Shown here: positions 1 through 9,879 of the stretch, piece by piece | Layout: every line of letters begins with the position of its first letter | Position numbering within the stretch: the first letter of the stretch is position 1 | Assembly (NCBI GenBank): GCA_963666985.2 | Contig: CAXXIA010000001.1 | Coordinates: 1,280,001-1,344,000 of the forward strand | DNA from: Spirochaetia bacterium | Lineage (GTDB): Bacteria > Spirochaetota > Spirochaetia > DSM-2461 | DNA: 64,000 nucleotides | Direction of reading: 5' to 3' | Made by a program: the position numbers and the translations under genes | The notes under the pieces: generated by a model | What the model was told of the DNA's origin: nothing | Seen by the model: the letters and a program-made list of their open reading frames with translations, nothing else | Database searches by the model: none

Positions 1-68
1 CGCGGTTCTTCTTTAATAAGAGCGCGGCAATAGGCGGCGGCCTCTTGAACTTCATCGTAAAAACTCAT
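1..68 (-). CDS. 5' end of a CDS running off the window, probably purine-nucleoside phosphorylase
   Basis: ATG at 68 with GGAGG RBS; MSFYDEVQEAAAYCRALIKEEPR resembles PNP N-termini; only ~22 codons visible. Confidence 0.45.
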   Translation of the reverse strand, partial: MSFYDEVQEAAAYCRALIKEEP

Positions 69-114
69 GTCGTTCCTCCCGTATGCCCCGTCCCCGCACC
101 TTATCCCGGCGCCT

Positions 115-1572
115 TCAGCGGCGCGACCAGAACGACGGCGTCAAAAGAATCAGCACGGTATAAACCTCAAGACGGCCGGCCATCATGGCGGCGCTGAGAA
201 CCCATTTGACGAAGGGATGATAAAAGGCGTAGTTCATTGTCGGACCGATTTTACCGAATCCGGGCCCGATATTCCCGACCGTAACCAGAGCCGTGGAAAA
301 TCCGGTAACCAAATCGGCCCCGAAAATCGTTACAACCAGAGTAACGACCATCAAACAGGTTAAATAAAGGATTATGAAACCGGCCACCGAGTAGAGAAAA
401 TCCTTCTTCACCGGCTCACCGTCCAGACGCACGCGGGAAATGCCCCGGGGCCTGGCCATGTATTTCATTTCATTGAGAGCCAGCTTAAAAAGAGCCACGA
501 TGCGGATAACCTTCGGACCGCCGCCCGTGGACCCTGAGCATCCTCCGATGAACATCAGAAAAAACAGAACCCCTTTCGCGGCCGCGGGCCATAAATCGAA
601 ATCGGCGGTGGCATATCCGGTCGTGGTAATAATGGAGGCCGCCTGAAAACCCGCATAGCGAAGAGCTTTGCCGAATCCTCCGTAAATTTTCAAAAGGGAA
701 AGAGTGATAATCAAAACAGATCCGAGAAAAATGGCCAGATAGGATTTAAACTCGGTGTTCTTGAGAATATCCTTGATATTGCCGTTCAGCAGTTTATGAT
801 ACAAACCGAAATTCAGACCGGCCATAACCATGAAAACGGTGATAACCCAGTCGATATACCCCGAATCATAGGCACCCACGCTGGCGTTTCTGGGTGAAAA
901 TCCCCCTGTGGCCAGCGTTCCGAACGTATGGGTAAGAGCGTCGAAAAGACTCATTCCGCCGAACATCAGCATCAAGGTTTCAAGAACCGTCAGACCGACA
1001 TAAATCAGCCAAAGAATCTTCGCCGTCTGTGTTATTTTCGGCGCGATCTTATCCAGAGTCGGTCCCGGTGATTCGGCTCTGACAAGCTGAACCCCGCCCA
1101 CCCCGAGAAACGGGAGAATCGCGACGGTCAAAACCACAATCCCCATACCGCCGAGCCAGTGCGTTAACGATCTCCAAAAAAGAATCGCTTTGGGGAGCGG
1201 TTCTATGGCCGTCAGGATGGAAGCTCCCGTCGTGGTAAACCCGCTCATCGTTTCAAAAAAGGCATCGGTATAGGACGGGATGGCTCCGGAAAGAACGAAA
1301 GGCAGCGCCCCCACGGCCGAAGCGGCAATCCAAGATCCGGTAACCAGAAGAAAGCCTTCCCGGGTTCTCAGATGGTGACTTCCCTCGTGGGGCTTGGTAA
1401 TCCCCCAAACAACGGCGCAGGCGGCAACCGTTACGGCGAGGGTAATTCCGAAAGCGGACGCCGAAACATAATCTTTGCCGAAAAGAGCAATCCCCAGGGG
1501 AAAAATCATGAATATGGCGATGATAACCAGAAGAAGGGCCAAAACGTGAATAACCGGAGTAAAGCGAATCAT
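115..1572 (-). CDS. trkH: Trk potassium uptake membrane protein
   Basis: 485 aa polytopic; pore motifs SGFTTTG, TLATGGFS, IITTTGY, GNIGPG, GRLE. Confidence 0.95.
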   Translation of the reverse strand: MIRFTPVIHVLALLLVIIAIFMIFPLGIALFGKDYVSASAFGITLAVTVAACAVVWGITKPHEGSHHLRTREGFLLVTGSWIAASAVGALPFVLSGAIPSYTDAFFETMSGFTTTGASILTAIEPLPKAILFWRSLTHWLGGMGIVVLTVAILPFLGVGGVQLVRAESPGPTLDKIAPKITQTAKILWLIYVGLTVLETLMLMFGGMSLFDALTHTFGTLATGGFSPRNASVGAYDSGYIDWVITVFMVMAGLNFGLYHKLLNGNIKDILKNTEFKSYLAIFLGSVLIITLSLLKIYGGFGKALRYAGFQAASIITTTGYATADFDLWPAAAKGVLFFLMFIGGCSGSTGGGPKVIRIVALFKLALNEMKYMARPRGISRVRLDGEPVKKDFLYSVAGFIILYLTCLMVVTLVVTIFGADLVTGFSTALVTVGNIGPGFGKIGPTMNYAFYHPFVKWVLSAAMMAGRLEVYTVLILLTPSFWSRR

Positions 1573-1633
1573 ACGAAGTCTCCGGCAAATACCGCTTTTT
1601 CCGTACGGTGAAAATCCTCGATTTGAAATCGCT

Positions 1634-3055
1634 TCATAACGCGATAACCGCTTCCTCGAGTTTCTTCACCGCTTCGCGCGGAGTGATGATAACAACCCTG
1701 TCGCCGTTTTTTATTACGAGATTACCGTCGGGAATCATGAATTCTTCCCCGCGATTAACCATAAGAATCAGACTGTCTTTCGGCAGCTTCAAATCCCTTA
1801 TGGCTTTGCCTGTAAGCGCGGAATCTTCATCGGTAAGGAAATCGATGATTTCGAAATCGCTGCCCGCGATGGCATGAATGCTCCTGATATTTCCCTTGCG
1901 CAGAATCCGGAGAATACTGGTAACCATCGTATCGGTGAGACTGACGGTAACATCCACACCCATTTCCCGCGCCATCGAAATATAGGAGGCCCGCCGAACC
2001 AAAGCGATGGTTCTCCCGACGCCCTGATTTTTGGCATGCAGGGCGCTCACCAGGTTCAATTCCTGATTCCCGGTGGCGCTGATGAGAAGATCGTATCCTT
2101 CGAGAAGACCGGTATCGCTGATCTCCTCATCGGAAATATCGGCATTGGTTACCAAAGCCGTCGGATAATCGGCGGCCAGCTGACGCGCTACGCCGTAATC
2201 TCTTTCAATGAAATGAACTTTGCGATGGGCCGCTTTTCGCTTAAAACGCCCGATGATCTTCGTCCAGGCACCTCCGGCGGCATCCGAACCTTTCTCCTCG
2301 CCTTCTCCCAGCAGATAATCCGCGACATAACGGCCGATGCGTCCGCCGCCGGCTATGGCGATGCGGTGAAGATTTCTTCGGCGCAGGCCGGCGGCCTTCA
2401 TCAGCTCATCCGTTCCTACCGAATCGGCGATAAGGTAGAGTAAATCGTCCCCGCAAATAACCGTTTCGCCCGTGGGAATCAGGGAAGCCCCGTCCCTGAT
2501 AATCAGCGGCAGCAGAAAATCTTCGTTAATGTTCTTTCGGATATCCTTTACGGCCGAACCGATAAGAGGACAGCCTTCATCCATGGTTATGGACGTCATG
2601 GACAATCCCGATTCGGTAAACGGATTGACGGTACCGACGGCGCCGCGCTCCAAGGATCGGATAACCGCTCGGGCGGCTTCGATTTCCGGATTAATAATAT
2701 AATCGATGCCGTAGAGGCGCTGCCTGACCATGCGGCTCGCCGAATATTCCACGTTGCGCACCCGCGCCACCGTTACCGGCTCCGAATATTCGGCCGCGAC
2801 AAGACCGCAGGCGATCATATTGATTTCATCGGACTCGGTAACCGAAACGAAGAAATCGGCATGCTCGATACCGGCTTTTTTCAAAACCGGAAGACTGTTG
2901 CCTTCTCCGGTAACAACGCGGCAATCCAATCGATCGGCCGCCCAGCGGGCCGATTCCGGATCTTTCTCAATAATGGTGACTTCTTTGCCTTCGGAAACCA
3001 GTTGGCGGGCAAGCTGCCAGCCGACACGTCCGGCTCCTAATATAATAACCTGCAT
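1634..3055 (-). CDS. trkA: Trk potassium uptake NAD-binding subunit
   Basis: Two Rossmann motifs (ILGAGRVG, IAGGGRIG) plus RCK-C domains; adjacent to trkH. Confidence 0.95.
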   Translation of the reverse strand: MQVIILGAGRVGWQLARQLVSEGKEVTIIEKDPESARWAADRLDCRVVTGEGNSLPVLKKAGIEHADFFVSVTESDEINMIACGLVAAEYSEPVTVARVRNVEYSASRMVRQRLYGIDYIINPEIEAARAVIRSLERGAVGTVNPFTESGLSMTSITMDEGCPLIGSAVKDIRKNINEDFLLPLIIRDGASLIPTGETVICGDDLLYLIADSVGTDELMKAAGLRRRNLHRIAIAGGGRIGRYVADYLLGEGEEKGSDAAGGAWTKIIGRFKRKAAHRKVHFIERDYGVARQLAADYPTALVTNADISDEEISDTGLLEGYDLLISATGNQELNLVSALHAKNQGVGRTIALVRRASYISMAREMGVDVTVSLTDTMVTSILRILRKGNIRSIHAIAGSDFEIIDFLTDEDSALTGKAIRDLKLPKDSLILMVNRGEEFMIPDGNLVIKNGDRVVIITPREAVKKLEEAVIAL

Positions 3056-3162
3056 CGGATAGTAGCCTACATCGCGCCGAGGGGCGTTGTCGAGGTTATT
3101 TCTTTCAAGATCATCATCTTACTCCACACATCCAAGATACGATGGGAACGTACCGCCCCGGC

Positions 3163-3196
3163 AAAAAAGAAAGCCGCCTCCCGATCGAGGCGGCTT
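3163..3196 (-). terminator. Rho-independent terminator of ppdK
   Basis: AAGCCGCCTC-N6-GAGGCGGCTT stem followed by a T run on the minus strand. Confidence 0.85.
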
Positions 3197-3258
3197 CATC
3201 CTTGGGCCCTTTTCCCATCTTCACCGCCTTAAGCTGTTCGCGGCGAAGATGAAAATTT

Positions 3259-5931
3259 TCAGTTCTGTGCAGCCGAGGCCACAACCGCCTGAGCGGCCGC
3301 CAGCCGGGCAATGGGCACCCGGTAAGGAGAACAGGAGACATAATTCAAGCCTGCTTTATAGCAGAACGCGATGGAAGCGGGATCTCCTCCGTGCTCGCCG
3401 CAGATTCCGGTCTTCAGCTTGCTCTTCACGCTCCGTCCTTTTGCCACGCCCATCTCAACAAGCTGCCCCACACCGCTCTGATCCAAAGACTGGAACGGAT
3501 CTTCCTTCAGGATTTTCTGCGCCACATACTGAGGAACGAAGCTTCCCACATCATCCCGGCTGTAGCCGAAAGTCATCTGAGTTAAGTCATTCGTTCCGAA
3601 CGAATAGAAATCCGCGAAAGGCGCAATCTCATTTGAAGTCAAAGCCGCTCGGGGAATTTCGATCATCGTACCGATCAGATACTCAATCTTCGCTCCGGTT
3701 TCGGAAAGGATGCGCTCAATAACTTTCCGGGCGTTGGTCCGCAGAATTTCAAGTTCCTGATATGTCCCAACCAGCGGAATCATGATTTCGGGATGAACCG
3801 AAACACCCTTCTTGGCGACTTCCACGGCGGCGGTCATGATGGCTTCAACCTGCATGTCGTACACTTCGGGATAAGTAATGCCCAAACGGCATCCCCGGTG
3901 TCCGAGCATGGGGTTCAGTTCCTTCAATCCCTCGACTCTTCGAATCAGTGCTTCGGGGTTTTTCCCGAGTTTCGCCGCCAGCTCGCGCGTTTCGGCTTCG
4001 GTATGGGGCACGAATTCATGAAGAGGGGGATCGAGTAAACGCACGGTTACCGGCTTTCCGTCCATGGCCTCGAAAATTCCCTTAAAATCTTCGGTCTGCA
4101 GGGCCAGGATGGGCTTCAGAGCTTCCTGACGTTCTTCAAAGCTGTCGGAAACAATCATCCAGCGGAAAGACTCGAGTTTGTCTTCGTCGAAGAACATGTG
4201 CTCTGTCCGGCAGAGGCCGATGCCTTCCGCGCCGAATTCCACGGCCCGCCTGGCGTCTTCGGGAAGATCGGCGTTGGTTCGTACAAAGAAACCGTCGGCC
4301 ACGCCCTGTCTTTTCGCGGCGTGACGAATCGTGTCGGCCCAAGTTAAAAGGATTTCCAAATCACCGCCCAGTTCAGGCTGTTCCAGTTCCACCACGCCGT
4401 CGTAAACCGAACCGTCGCTGCCGTCCAGGGAAATGGAATCACCTTCCTTATAGACCTTTCCGGCGATGGTCATGATTTTGGCCTTCTCGTCGATAACGAC
4501 GGCCTTGCATCCGGCCACGCAAGGCGTTCCCATGCCCCGGGCGACGACCGCCGCGTGGCTGGTCATACCGCCGGTGGATGTGAGGATTCCCTGAGAAACG
4601 TTCATGCCGCCGATATCCTCGGGGCTGGTTTCCCTGCGGACAAGAACGACTTTCTCGCTCCGCTCGGCCCAGATTTCGGCTTCTTCCGCGGTAAAAACGA
4701 TCTTGCCTACGGCGGCGCCCGGAGAGGCGTTCAACCCGACGGCAACAGGTTCAAGAGTTTTCTTGGCCTTCGGAGAAATCATGGGATGAAGGAGCTGATT
4801 CAGCTGGTCGCCCGTAACGCGGGTTACGGCGGTTTCCTTGGAAATCATCCCTTCGTTCACCAAATCCACGGCGACTTTCACGGCCGCCCTGCCGGTTCTT
4901 TTTCCGTTTCGGGTTTGAAGCAGGAAAAGCCGTCCGTCCTGGATGGTGAATTCCATATCCTGCATATCGGAATAATGCTTCTCCAGCCGCTCTTTCACAT
5001 CCACGAGCTGTTTGTAGACTTCGGCATTGGTATCTTCCAGAGTACTTAAGGGCTGAGGCGTCCGAATACCGGCCACGACGTCCTCGCCCTGAGCGTTCAT
5101 CAGGTACTCGCCGTAGAAGTAATTTTCACCGGTGGAAGGATCGCGGCTGAAACAGACGCCGGTACCGGAGGTATCGGACCAGTTCCCGAAAACCATGGAC
5201 TGAACATTAACAGCCGTGCCTAAAAGGTCGCCTATTTTGTTAATCTGTCGATATTTAATGGCTCTGTCGTTATTCCAGGATCCGAATACCGCATCGATGG
5301 CGGCCCAAAGCTGTTCTTTCGGAGTCTGCGGAAAAGAGGCGCCGACGCTCTTCTCGTAGACGGCCATATAGCCCTCCACGACTTTCTTCAGATCTTCGGC
5401 ATCCAATTCCGTATCATGCTCAACGCCCTTGGCCTTCTTCACTTTTTCCAAAGCTTCTTCGAATTCGCTGTGAGCCACGCCCATCACCACGTCGCCGAAC
5501 ATCTGAATAAAACGCCGATAGGCGTCCCAGGCGAAACGGGCGTTGCCGGTGTTTTTGGCGATTCCGTCGACGGCCTTGGCGTTCAGCCCCAAATTCAGAA
5601 CCGTATCCATCATACCGGGCATGGAAACGGCGGCGCCTGAACGAACGGAAACCAGCAGAGGATCTTCGGCATCGCCGAGACTCTTGCCCATTTCCTTCTC
5701 AAGCCTCTCCAAAGCGGCTCCGACCTGGGCTTTGACATCGGCGTTATGGCTTCGCTCATTTTTATAATATTGATCGCAAGCCTCGGTTGAAATCGTGAAA
5801 CCCGGAGGAACGGGAATGCCCAGGTTGGTCATCTCCGCCAGGTTCGCGCCTTTTCCGCCCAGAAGTTCCTTCATCTGAGCGCGGCCCTCGGCCTTCCCGC
5901 CGCCGAAATAGTAGACGTACTGATTACTCAT
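3259..5931 (-). CDS. ppdK: Pyruvate, phosphate dikinase
   Basis: LLGGKGANLAEM, VSVRSGA, GGMTSHAAVVAR phospho-His motif, SFGTNDLTQ. Confidence 0.98.
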   Translation of the reverse strand: MSNQYVYYFGGGKAEGRAQMKELLGGKGANLAEMTNLGIPVPPGFTISTEACDQYYKNERSHNADVKAQVGAALERLEKEMGKSLGDAEDPLLVSVRSGAAVSMPGMMDTVLNLGLNAKAVDGIAKNTGNARFAWDAYRRFIQMFGDVVMGVAHSEFEEALEKVKKAKGVEHDTELDAEDLKKVVEGYMAVYEKSVGASFPQTPKEQLWAAIDAVFGSWNNDRAIKYRQINKIGDLLGTAVNVQSMVFGNWSDTSGTGVCFSRDPSTGENYFYGEYLMNAQGEDVVAGIRTPQPLSTLEDTNAEVYKQLVDVKERLEKHYSDMQDMEFTIQDGRLFLLQTRNGKRTGRAAVKVAVDLVNEGMISKETAVTRVTGDQLNQLLHPMISPKAKKTLEPVAVGLNASPGAAVGKIVFTAEEAEIWAERSEKVVLVRRETSPEDIGGMNVSQGILTSTGGMTSHAAVVARGMGTPCVAGCKAVVIDEKAKIMTIAGKVYKEGDSISLDGSDGSVYDGVVELEQPELGGDLEILLTWADTIRHAAKRQGVADGFFVRTNADLPEDARRAVEFGAEGIGLCRTEHMFFDEDKLESFRWMIVSDSFEERQEALKPILALQTEDFKGIFEAMDGKPVTVRLLDPPLHEFVPHTEAETRELAAKLGKNPEALIRRVEGLKELNPMLGHRGCRLGITYPEVYDMQVEAIMTAAVEVAKKGVSVHPEIMIPLVGTYQELEILRTNARKVIERILSETGAKIEYLIGTMIEIPRAALTSNEIAPFADFYSFGTNDLTQMTFGYSRDDVGSFVPQYVAQKILKEDPFQSLDQSGVGQLVEMGVAKGRSVKSKLKTGICGEHGGDPASIAFCYKAGLNYVSCSPYRVPIARLAAAQAVVASAAQN

Positions 5932-6261
5932 TCGTTTTTCTCGCTTTTTAGGTTTGATGTGACTCTTCGGTAAGGCTAATTTGCGCCGGGATTGATGTCA
6001 ACGAATTCGGCGACAATAGACAACCCGCAACGCTCATGCATACCACTCCACAAGCGACATCTGTATGGATCATACAAAAAAACGACGAAAAAATCGAGCT
6101 TAAACGGTAATGAATGGGGAAACCGCCGCAAAAAACCACGGGCCGTTTCCCTTCCGGAGTCATCGCGAAACCGAAAGGAAACAGCCCGTTCTCAATTAAT
6201 CGCCCGGAATTTCAAAATACGCGCTCACGCCTCATTCCCCGCGAGAGAAGAGGCGGACAGA

Positions 6262-7104
6262 CTACGCGGCGAAATAATCCCGAAGATATTGCGCCCGGGA
6301 GGGATGGCGCAGCCGATCGAGGGCTTTTTTCTCGATCTGCCGAATCCGCTCTTTGGTCAGACCGTAATTCTGACCGATTTCTTTCAAGGAGAGCGGTCTT
6401 CTGCCGCCGAGTCCGAAACGATGCCGGAGAATATCCGCTTCTTTTTCGGTGAGGGTTGCCAGAATGGATTCGATATCCTCACTTAAAGAATGACGCAAAG
6501 CCTGCTCATCGGGAGCGATACTGGCGTTATCCTCAATGAAATCACCCAAAGTCGAGGAATCTCTCTCATCATAAACTTGCGATTCAAGAGAAACCAATTC
6601 ACGGCTGATGGACTGAAGATCTTCCACGTCTTTTTCATCAATACCCGTAATTTTGGCGATTTCGGCATTGGACGGCTCTTCGCCCAATTCGGTAAGAAGG
6701 GCCTTTTTGGTTTTTTCTATCTGGATCAATTCGTTGGCGCGGTTCAGGGGAAGCCGAATCATTCGGGATTTTTCGTATATGGCCTTCAGGATGGCCTGTC
6801 TGATCCACCAGACCGCATAAGAAATGAAATGATAGCCTTTTTCCGGATCGAAACGCTCAATGGCGTTCATCAGTCCGATGTTGCCTTCGCTGATAAGATC
6901 GTCGAGAGGCAGTCCCTGATTCTGGTACTTCTTCGCCGTATTAACGACAAAACGGAGATTCGCCTCGATGAGTTTGGCTTGAGCGGCCTTGTCGCCGGCA
7001 ACGGCTTTCCGCGATATTTCTTCTTCCTGCTCCCGAGTCAGAAGAGGAATTTTGTTGATTTCTTTCAAGTAAACCGAAAGGGTGGATTCATCATCATGTT
7101 TCAT
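6262..7104 (-). CDS. rpoS: Sigma-70 family sigma factor, RpoS-like
   Basis: Regions 1.2-4 (NLRFVV, DLISEGNIGL, YAVWWIRQ, LTKERIRQIE), no region 1.1; start revised to ATG 7104 with AGGAGA RBS; rpoS name inferred from the sigma54 promoter. Confidence 0.8.
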   Translation of the reverse strand: MKHDDESTLSVYLKEINKIPLLTREQEEEISRKAVAGDKAAQAKLIEANLRFVVNTAKKYQNQGLPLDDLISEGNIGLMNAIERFDPEKGYHFISYAVWWIRQAILKAIYEKSRMIRLPLNRANELIQIEKTKKALLTELGEEPSNAEIAKITGIDEKDVEDLQSISRELVSLESQVYDERDSSTLGDFIEDNASIAPDEQALRHSLSEDIESILATLTEKEADILRHRFGLGGRRPLSLKEIGQNYGLTKERIRQIEKKALDRLRHPSRAQYLRDYFAA

Positions 7105-7127
7105 TTGGATTCTCCTGCCCACAACCA

Positions 7128-7143
7128 AGCAAAAGACATGCCA
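7128..7143 (-). promoter_or_regulatory. Sigma54 (-24/-12) promoter of the RpoS-like gene
   Basis: TGGCATG-TCTT-TTGCT versus consensus TGGCACG-N4-TTGCW, exact spacing. Confidence 0.85.
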
Positions 7144-7242
7144 AGAAATTAAAAACTAATTTATCTTCTTGTATTGTATATATTTATTTAACTTCAAAAG
7201 AAATAATCATACGAAAAATCGTCTAAGACCGTTTGTATTCCC

Positions 7243-7317
7243 GGTTATTTTTGTCCCCTAATGAGTCAAAATGTCCCAATAAAGATAATCTGAAAAAAAA
7301 CCGGGACTAATTGACCC
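7243..7317. promoter_or_regulatory. Candidate upstream activator sites (three phased 15-bp imperfect palindromes)
   Basis: GGTTATTTTTGTCCC (7243), GAGTCAAAATGTCCC (7263), GGGACTAATTGACCC (7303). Confidence 0.55.
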
Positions 7318-7328
7318 AAATAAGACGA

Positions 7329-7733
7329 TCAGCCGCCCATTGTGTAACGGCTCGGTCCGATTCGAGTTTTTTTCTTGAAATCCACCGCCAGACATTTATC
7401 GCCCGCATCGGCAATGAAATCGGGAAATATAATAATTGTTGTGCGGTATACGGTTTCCCGTCCTCTCGAACTTAATCCCTCGAGACATCCGCAGCAACGC
7501 AGTTCAATCCATGCGTCGCGGATCATGTCGAACACGGCGTCTCTTTCGGCGGATCCTGAAAAATGCCTTTGAGGACGCGAATTGAGATACCGGCGCATTT
7601 GTATCCCGAAGAATCGTCGGGCCTCAAGGCTGAAATCCAATATGTCGGGACCTTTCCAACCCATAACGCACATAAAATATCCATGAACCGCCGGGAAGGC
7701 AAACCGGATCGGCGTATTTTGATTATTCTCCAT
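7329..7733 (-). CDS. Hypothetical protein
   Basis: 134-aa ORF filling the gap between rpoS and groES; no recognised motif. Confidence 0.55.
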   Translation of the reverse strand: MENNQNTPIRFAFPAVHGYFMCVMGWKGPDILDFSLEARRFFGIQMRRYLNSRPQRHFSGSAERDAVFDMIRDAWIELRCCGCLEGLSSRGRETVYRTTIIIFPDFIADAGDKCLAVDFKKKTRIGPSRYTMGG

Positions 7734-7869
7734 TTAAGAAAGTCTTCGACTCTGCTTTTTCACTTGACCCCCCGTCCAACCATTCCGTATATTCTGACAG
7801 GATGAGTAAAACTCCCGCATCGGCTGTGTTTTCTCGTCGAAAAAATTCATGATTTCGAGAGGGTTCAAG

Positions 7870-8136
7870 ATGACCGTCAAACCTCTGCAGGACCGTGTCC
7901 TAATCAAGGTCGAAGAAGCCGAAACCAAGACAGCTTCCGGCCTCTACATCCCCGATACCGCCCAGGAAAAAACCCAGACCGGTACTGTTGTTGCCGTCGG
8001 TGACGACAAAGAGCTGATTACCGTCAAGGTTGGCGACAAGGTGATGTACGACAAGTACGCAGGCACCAGCGTTAAAATCGATGATGTGGAACACCTGATC
8101 GTCAAAAGCTCGGATATTCTCGCCGTCGTAAGCTGA
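7870..8136 (+). CDS. groES: Co-chaperonin GroES (stand-alone)
   Basis: [30 protein letters not shown]; start revised to ATG 7870. Confidence 0.97.
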   Translation: MTVKPLQDRVLIKVEEAETKTASGLYIPDTAQEKTQTGTVVAVGDDKELITVKVGDKVMYDKYAGTSVKIDDVEHLIVKSSDILAVVS

Positions 8137-8163
8137 AACCGAACTTGTTTCGATTCCGCAGCC

Positions 8164-8197
8164 GGGACCCCTTCCTCAAAGAAGGGGCCTTTTTTTT
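8164..8197 (+). terminator. Rho-independent terminator of groES
   Basis: CCCCTTC-N6-GAAGGGG stem followed by a T run. Confidence 0.85.
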
Positions 8198-8294
8198 GTT
8201 CCATACCGGATATCACAGCCGGCAATTCATTCTTGGTAAAAACCCGCGGATGAATATTCGGCTTAATAGAAATCCATGCCGCCGAGATGCCGAA

Positions 8295-8744
8295 TCAGTT
8301 CTTTAAAGGAAAATAGATTTCCGTCCGCAGATTCTCCGGAGGCGTATCCATCGGAGAATTGAGGTAGAATTCGTAGCACCATTGCTCGGCGATTCGGCCT
8401 TTTTCTTCGACAAATTTCGTTAAAAGCTCATAGGTTCCGCCAAGTTCCGTATACGGGCCGGTATGAAGAGCAACGGCAGCTTCTCCGCCGGGCAGCATGC
8501 CCGCTTTAACCCGTCCTTCGCCCTCGGCCGCCTCAGCCAGAGGAAAGCCCATCTCCACGTCCAGGGCGTTCATATCCATGTTCCGGTACAACGCATAGGG
8601 AGGGCCGTCAAACGGAAGGCCCTTTTTTCCCATGTACTGCGCGATTTCACCGTAAGCTTTTCCCATGGCCTCAGAAATTTTCTCCATCGAGGTGGTTGTT
8701 CTTACGAACAATGTCGCTTTTTCCCGGATTTTCCGAATTTCCAT
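8295..8744 (-). CDS. GyrI-like small-molecule binding protein
   Basis: GPPYALY, DVEMGFP, HTGPYTEL, YEFYLNSP...RTEIYFP. Confidence 0.88.
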   Translation of the reverse strand: MEIRKIREKATLFVRTTTSMEKISEAMGKAYGEIAQYMGKKGLPFDGPPYALYRNMDMNALDVEMGFPLAEAAEGEGRVKAGMLPGGEAAVALHTGPYTELGGTYELLTKFVEEKGRIAEQWCYEFYLNSPMDTPPENLRTEIYFPLKN

Positions 8745-8788
8745 TCCGAACTCCTTAAATCAAGATAAAGCGATGATGACACAGGATA

Positions 8789-8808
8789 TACGACACGAAC
8801 CTGTCGTA
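8789..8808. promoter_or_regulatory. Palindromic operator, likely bound by the adjacent WYL regulator
   Basis: TACGACA-CGAACC-TGTCGTA perfect 7-6-7 palindrome 45 bp upstream of the GyrI-like gene. Confidence 0.7.
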
Positions 8809-8819
8809 ATTTTCAGGAC

Positions 8820-9797
8820 TTATCGGCCGTTTTCATTCGAATATTTGCGCACAACGTCCGCCGCGGCTTCCCGGACGGACGCTTTCAAGGCTTCGGGCTC
8901 CAGTACGCGGACAAAGGCACCCCACGACAAGATGTAGCCGTAGAGCCAGCCGTCCAGCGGTGCGAACATCCGAACAACCGAACTCCCGTCGTCATTAATA
9001 TGAAGAATCTCATGAAACTCCTCGGCAAGGGGCTTCATCTCAGGACTGAATTCCAAAATAATTTCAACGCCTTCTCCGGAGGCCGAACCGAAAACATCCC
9101 CCGTCCAATCGGCGATGAAATCCTCAAACCGGCCGTCCCGCCTTCGGAATCCTTCATCAAGCACCTCGAGGTTTCGAATTCGCGAAATACGGAACAATCG
9201 ATAATCGCCGCGAAGACGGCACCAGCCGTAGAGGTACCAGGAACGCCATCGGAAGGCAACGGTCATGGGTTCAACGATGCGTTCGGTTACTTTCAGCATG
9301 TTGCTTGTGTAAGAAAATCGTATCAGATGCTCGGAATCCACGGCGGAGCGGACCGTCCGGAACACCCCTTTGTTCCGGGGATCTCCGCCGAGCATGCTGA
9401 AATCAATATTCAGCTTCTCCGCGCGCTCGGAAAAGACATCACCGTCCAAACTGGGCGGAAGAAGACCTTTAATTTTCTCCAAAGTGCCCTCCAGCTCTCC
9501 GGACGATTCTTCATCGTTTCCGCCGAGCGATTCGGAGACGCTTCTTAAGGATGTCAGTATGTAATAAAAATCTTCCGGACTGACCAAGGATCGATCCATC
9601 TTGAAGGAGTCCAGGATGCCGTACCCGCCGTTGGGCCCCTGAACGGTGTAAATCGGTATCCCCGCCATTCCTATCGCATCCATGTCCCGCTGAATGGTCC
9701 GGGATGTTACGCCGAATCGCTCGGCCATTTCCCGGGCGCTCACGAGTTCGCGGTTAAGAAGATATATTATAATGGATAAAAGCCTGTCGATTTTCAC
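8820..9797 (-). CDS. YafY-family wHTH-WYL-WCX transcriptional regulator
   Basis: MKIDRLLSII...RTIQRD HTH, WYLYGWC, RLFRISRI; GTG start with AAGGAG. Confidence 0.93.
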   Translation of the reverse strand: MKIDRLLSIIIYLLNRELVSAREMAERFGVTSRTIQRDMDAIGMAGIPIYTVQGPNGGYGILDSFKMDRSLVSPEDFYYILTSLRSVSESLGGNDEESSGELEGTLEKIKGLLPPSLDGDVFSERAEKLNIDFSMLGGDPRNKGVFRTVRSAVDSEHLIRFSYTSNMLKVTERIVEPMTVAFRWRSWYLYGWCRLRGDYRLFRISRIRNLEVLDEGFRRRDGRFEDFIADWTGDVFGSASGEGVEIILEFSPEMKPLAEEFHEILHINDDGSSVVRMFAPLDGWLYGYILSWGAFVRVLEPEALKASVREAAADVVRKYSNENGR

Positions 9798-9879
9798 CGG
9801 CGCTCCTTGAGGCTAATCCGGAGAAACGGCCCTTTAGCGGCACGTTTTGCTCCGAAGCGCCCGGTCCGGGCCTGAAATC

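Noticed and set aside
7740..7870. CIRCE element or groESL operon
   Set aside because: No TTAGCACTC-N9-GAGTGCTAA; groES is followed by a terminator, and a separate groES is normal in spirochaetes
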